Position numbers and translations under genes: made by a program. From assembly GCA_030431785.1 (NCBI GenBank), contig JAUIIM010000005.1:1-51796 (forward strand): a stretch of DNA of 51,796 nucleotides, given 5' to 3'. Under the pieces are notes generated by a model, which was not told the origin of the DNA, did no database searches, and saw only the letters and a list, made by a program, of their open reading frames with translations. This document shows positions 49,047-51,796 of this stretch, in pieces (positions within the stretch are counted from its first letter, which is position 1; every line of letters starts with the position of its first letter). Source of the stretch: Acidimicrobiia bacterium. Lineage in GTDB: Bacteria > Actinomycetota > Acidimicrobiia > Spongiisociales > UBA5794.

Positions 49047-50123
49047 GTGCCCACATATCGTCCGGACCTTGAGGCGATCCCTCTCTATGTACCAGGGAAA
49101 CCGGTCGATGAGGTAGCCCGCGAACTCGGTCTTGCATCGATCGACAAGCTTGCGTCGAACGAGTGCCCGACGGCACCGTTCCCCGAGGTCGTCGAAGTGA
49201 TCGCACGTGCGGCAACCGAGGTCAACCGGTACCCGGACAACGGCACGTTCGCCCTCCGGGGAGCGCTCGCTGCGTTCCATGGGGTCGATCCGGACGCAGT
49301 ATGGGTCGGGCATGGATCCAGCGACCTGCTTCGCTCGATCGCCATGGCTGTCGGCGGCGAAGGCACCTCCCTGGTGTTCGCCGATCCGTCCTTCGTGCTG
49401 TACCGCATGATCGCGCTTCTGACCGGGTCGACACCCGTTCCGGTGCCGGTGACCGATGACTACGGACACGATCTCGGTGCGATGGCGGATGCGATCGACG
49501 ACACGACCTCGTTGGTGTTCATCTGCAACCCGAACAACCCCACCGGTGGTCACTTGTCGCACTCCGAGGTCGAGTCGTTCATCGATTCGGTCCCCGAGTC
49601 AGTGCTCGTAGTGGTGGACGAGGCCTATGCCGAATACGTGACCGCCGACGACTACCGATCACAGCTGGCCACCGCACCGACCTTGCCGAATGTCGTGGTC
49701 CTCAGGACTTTCTCCAAGGCGTACGGTCTCGCCGGTTTGCGGGTCGGCTACGCCGTGGGCAATCCAGACGTGCTGAACTCCGTGAAGCGCACACAGGCCC
49801 CGTTCGCCGTGACATCGGTAGGACAAGCGGCGGCACTCGAGGCGCTCAAGCATCAAGCAGCCCTGCGCGAGCGGGCGGTCGTGAACGCCTACGGACGGGC
49901 GTACCTCGTCGATGCCCTCAGGGAACGTGGCTACGACCCCGCCCCGACCCAGGCGAACTTCGTCTATTTCATACCCGAGGAACCGGCGGCGGACCTCGGT
50001 GATCGGCTTCTCCGCCAGGGCACGATCGTCCGTGTCCTCGGTGACGGAGTCCGGGTGAGTGTCGGGACCGACGAAGAGAACGCACGGTTCATCCGGTCCC
50101 TCGACTCGGTTCGGTCTCAGTGA
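49047..50123 (+). CDS. hisC: Histidinol-phosphate/aromatic aminotransferase (HisC/Pat family)
   Basis: YVPGKP, KLASNE, FICNPNNPTG, VDEAY and LRTFSKAYGLAGLRVGY motifs. Confidence 0.85.
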   Translation: MPTYRPDLEAIPLYVPGKPVDEVARELGLASIDKLASNECPTAPFPEVVEVIARAATEVNRYPDNGTFALRGALAAFHGVDPDAVWVGHGSSDLLRSIAMAVGGEGTSLVFADPSFVLYRMIALLTGSTPVPVPVTDDYGHDLGAMADAIDDTTSLVFICNPNNPTGGHLSHSEVESFIDSVPESVLVVVDEAYAEYVTADDYRSQLATAPTLPNVVVLRTFSKAYGLAGLRVGYAVGNPDVLNSVKRTQAPFAVTSVGQAAALEALKHQAALRERAVVNAYGRAYLVDALRERGYDPAPTQANFVYFIPEEPAADLGDRLLRQGTIVRVLGDGVRVSVGTDEENARFIRSLDSVRSQ

Positions 50124-51796
50124 TGTTTCTTCCCGAAGCACTCGACTGGTCGACCATTCCGCCGGTGATCGAAACCGACGGGTCGGTCACGGATCGTCCC
50201 GACTGGCTGACCGACGAGTTCGCATTGCGGATGTATCGGGAGATGGTTCGCATGCGCGTCTTCGACCGCAGGTCCACGGCGGCGCAACGCCAGGGCCGCC
50301 TCGGGACCTTTGCGATCGCCGAGGGTCACGAAGCGATCCAGGTCGGTTCCGCACTCGCACTCGGCCCCACCGACTTCGTCTATCCCGGATACCGGGAACA
50401 TGGCGTGCAACTGTCGATGGGGATGCCGTTGTCCACGGTGTTGTCGTACTGGCGCGGGCTTCCGAATGAGACCTGGGATCCGACGACGATGCGACAGATG
50501 GTCGTCACGGTTCCGATCGGGAGTCACCTCCCGCACGCAGTCGGGCATGCGTACGCGGACCGGGTCGCCGGGAAGGACACGGTGACCGTTGCGTACATCG
50601 GCGATGGTGGAACGTCGGAGAACGACTTCCACTCCGGGCTGAACTTCGCCGGTGTCTGGAAGACCCCGACGGTGTTCGTGGTGTCCAACAACCACTATGC
50701 GATCTCCGTCCCGTACGAGAAACAAACCGCGGCGAATGCCATTGTTGACAAGGCGGCGGGATATGGGATCGCGGGGGTCCGTGTCAACGGATTCGACGTC
50801 GCAAAGGTCTACGAGGCGATGACCGACGCCGTCGCCCGTGCGCGTTCTGGCGAGGGTCCGACGCTCATCGAGGCTGTGTGCTATCGATACGGCCCACATG
50901 CCACCGCTGATGATCCTTCGCTGTACCGCACCAAGGACGAAGAGGAGGAGTGGCGAGTCCACGACCCCGTCGACCGTATGCGCAACTTCCTCACGAGCGT
51001 CGCACTGTGGGATGAAGAGGCTGAACTGGATCTGCTCGAGGAACTACGGGCCGAGTATGAGGAGGCGCTCGACGCGGTGACCGCGATCGAATTGCCTGCG
51101 AGGTCGGATGTGATCCACCACGCATTCGACCGAATCCCGGCGCCGATGGTGGAACAGCTGAACAGGATCGAACAGGACGCAGGCGAGGAAGCGTCGACCG
51201 TGGCGGCATCACAGCGATGGACGGTGGGGGAGGACAAGATCCCATCCGGTCCGACGACCCCGATGACAATGGCAGATGCCATCAATCAGACCCTCCATCA
51301 GGAAATGGCCTCGGACCCCTCCACGATCGTCCTCGGTCAGGACGTGGGTGTTGCGGGAGGCGTGTTCCGGATCACGGACGGACTCCTCGACCGTTTCGGC
51401 CCTGAGCGCGTGATCGATGCGCCGATCAACGAGTCCGGGATCGTCGGGAGTGCGATCGGGATGGCGATGGCGGGAGCACGTCCGATCGCTGAGATCCAAT
51501 TCGAGGGGTTCTCCTATCCGGCGTTCGACCAGATCGCCAGCCATCTCGGCCGGATCCGGTTCCGGGCGCGTGGGAACACCCACGTGCCGATGGTCCTCCG
51601 AATGCCCAACGGAGCGGGGATCGGGGCCCATGAGCACCATTGCGACTCTCCCGAAGCGTTCTTCGCCCATGTGCCGGGGGTCGTCGTGATCGTTCCGTCT
51701 TCGGCTGCCGACGCCAAGGGTCTCCTCGCTGCGGCGATCCGCTCCGAGGACCCCGTCATCTTTCTCGAGCCGAAGGTCCTGTACCGGTCGGGACGG
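50123..51796 (+). CDS. Fused 2-oxoacid dehydrogenase E1 alpha+beta (PDH/BCKDH type), 3' end off window
   Basis: Manual translation from ATG overlapping the hisC stop: QRQGRLG, GDGGTSENDFH..NN (TPP motif), HATADDP. It continues without a stop into MTMADAINQTLHQEM..GQDVG..GGVFR..DAPINESG (beta). Confidence 0.9.
   Translation, partial: MFLPEALDWSTIPPVIETDGSVTDRPDWLTDEFALRMYREMVRMRVFDRRSTAAQRQGRLGTFAIAEGHEAIQVGSALALGPTDFVYPGYREHGVQLSMGMPLSTVLSYWRGLPNETWDPTTMRQMVVTVPIGSHLPHAVGHAYADRVAGKDTVTVAYIGDGGTSENDFHSGLNFAGVWKTPTVFVVSNNHYAISVPYEKQTAANAIVDKAAGYGIAGVRVNGFDVAKVYEAMTDAVARARSGEGPTLIEAVCYRYGPHATADDPSLYRTKDEEEEWRVHDPVDRMRNFLTSVALWDEEAELDLLEELRAEYEEALDAVTAIELPARSDVIHHAFDRIPAPMVEQLNRIEQDAGEEASTVAASQRWTVGEDKIPSGPTTPMTMADAINQTLHQEMASDPSTIVLGQDVGVAGGVFRITDGLLDRFGPERVIDAPINESGIVGSAIGMAMAGARPIAEIQFEGFSYPAFDQIASHLGRIRFRARGNTHVPMVLRMPNGAGIGAHEHHCDSPEAFFAHVPGVVVIVPSSAADAKGLLAAAIRSEDPVIFLEPKVLYRSGR

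Noticed and set aside
48588-49215. ORFs reading through the repeat mosaic (SQEPGAR and MDHGSW repeats), likewise 47433-48191
   Set aside because: Translation artefacts of heptamer repeats; they overlap better-supported genes and have no recognisable domains.

Overview
High-GC bacterial chromosomal window, most consistent with an actinobacterium (Acidimicrobiia-like; inferred from a Zn-finger rhomboid, F420-type split-barrel proteins, a HAIR-like box at clpB and many leaderless promoters). It holds a minus-strand purine cluster (purA-D-E-B, purC-S-Q-L, partial purF) interrupted by accessory genes, and an AapJQMP-like amino acid ABC transporter split by a DUF805 gene. It also carries a GOB-like B3 metallo-beta-lactamase, two tandem GH28-like beta-helix proteins, CopC/D, a P-type ATPase, lgt, ArsR-SRPBCC-VOC and PadR-NfeD-SPFH operons, clpB, a HisC/Pat aminotransferase and a fused E1 alpha/beta 2-oxoacid dehydrogenase (partial). 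No rRNA, tRNA, CRISPR, transposase, integrase or reverse transcriptase was recognised. The most striking unexplained structure is a window-wide system of short degenerate 7- and 8-bp tandem arrays drawn from about six motif families. They sit at gene boundaries and often occur as complementary (inverted) arms enclosing single genes or whole mini-operons, including a four-helix-bundle (IVP/Avd-fold) gene, DUF805 and ArsR-SRPBCC-VOC. They also pile up into a ~390-bp mosaic upstream of hisC. All product calls come from motif recognition, not database searches.
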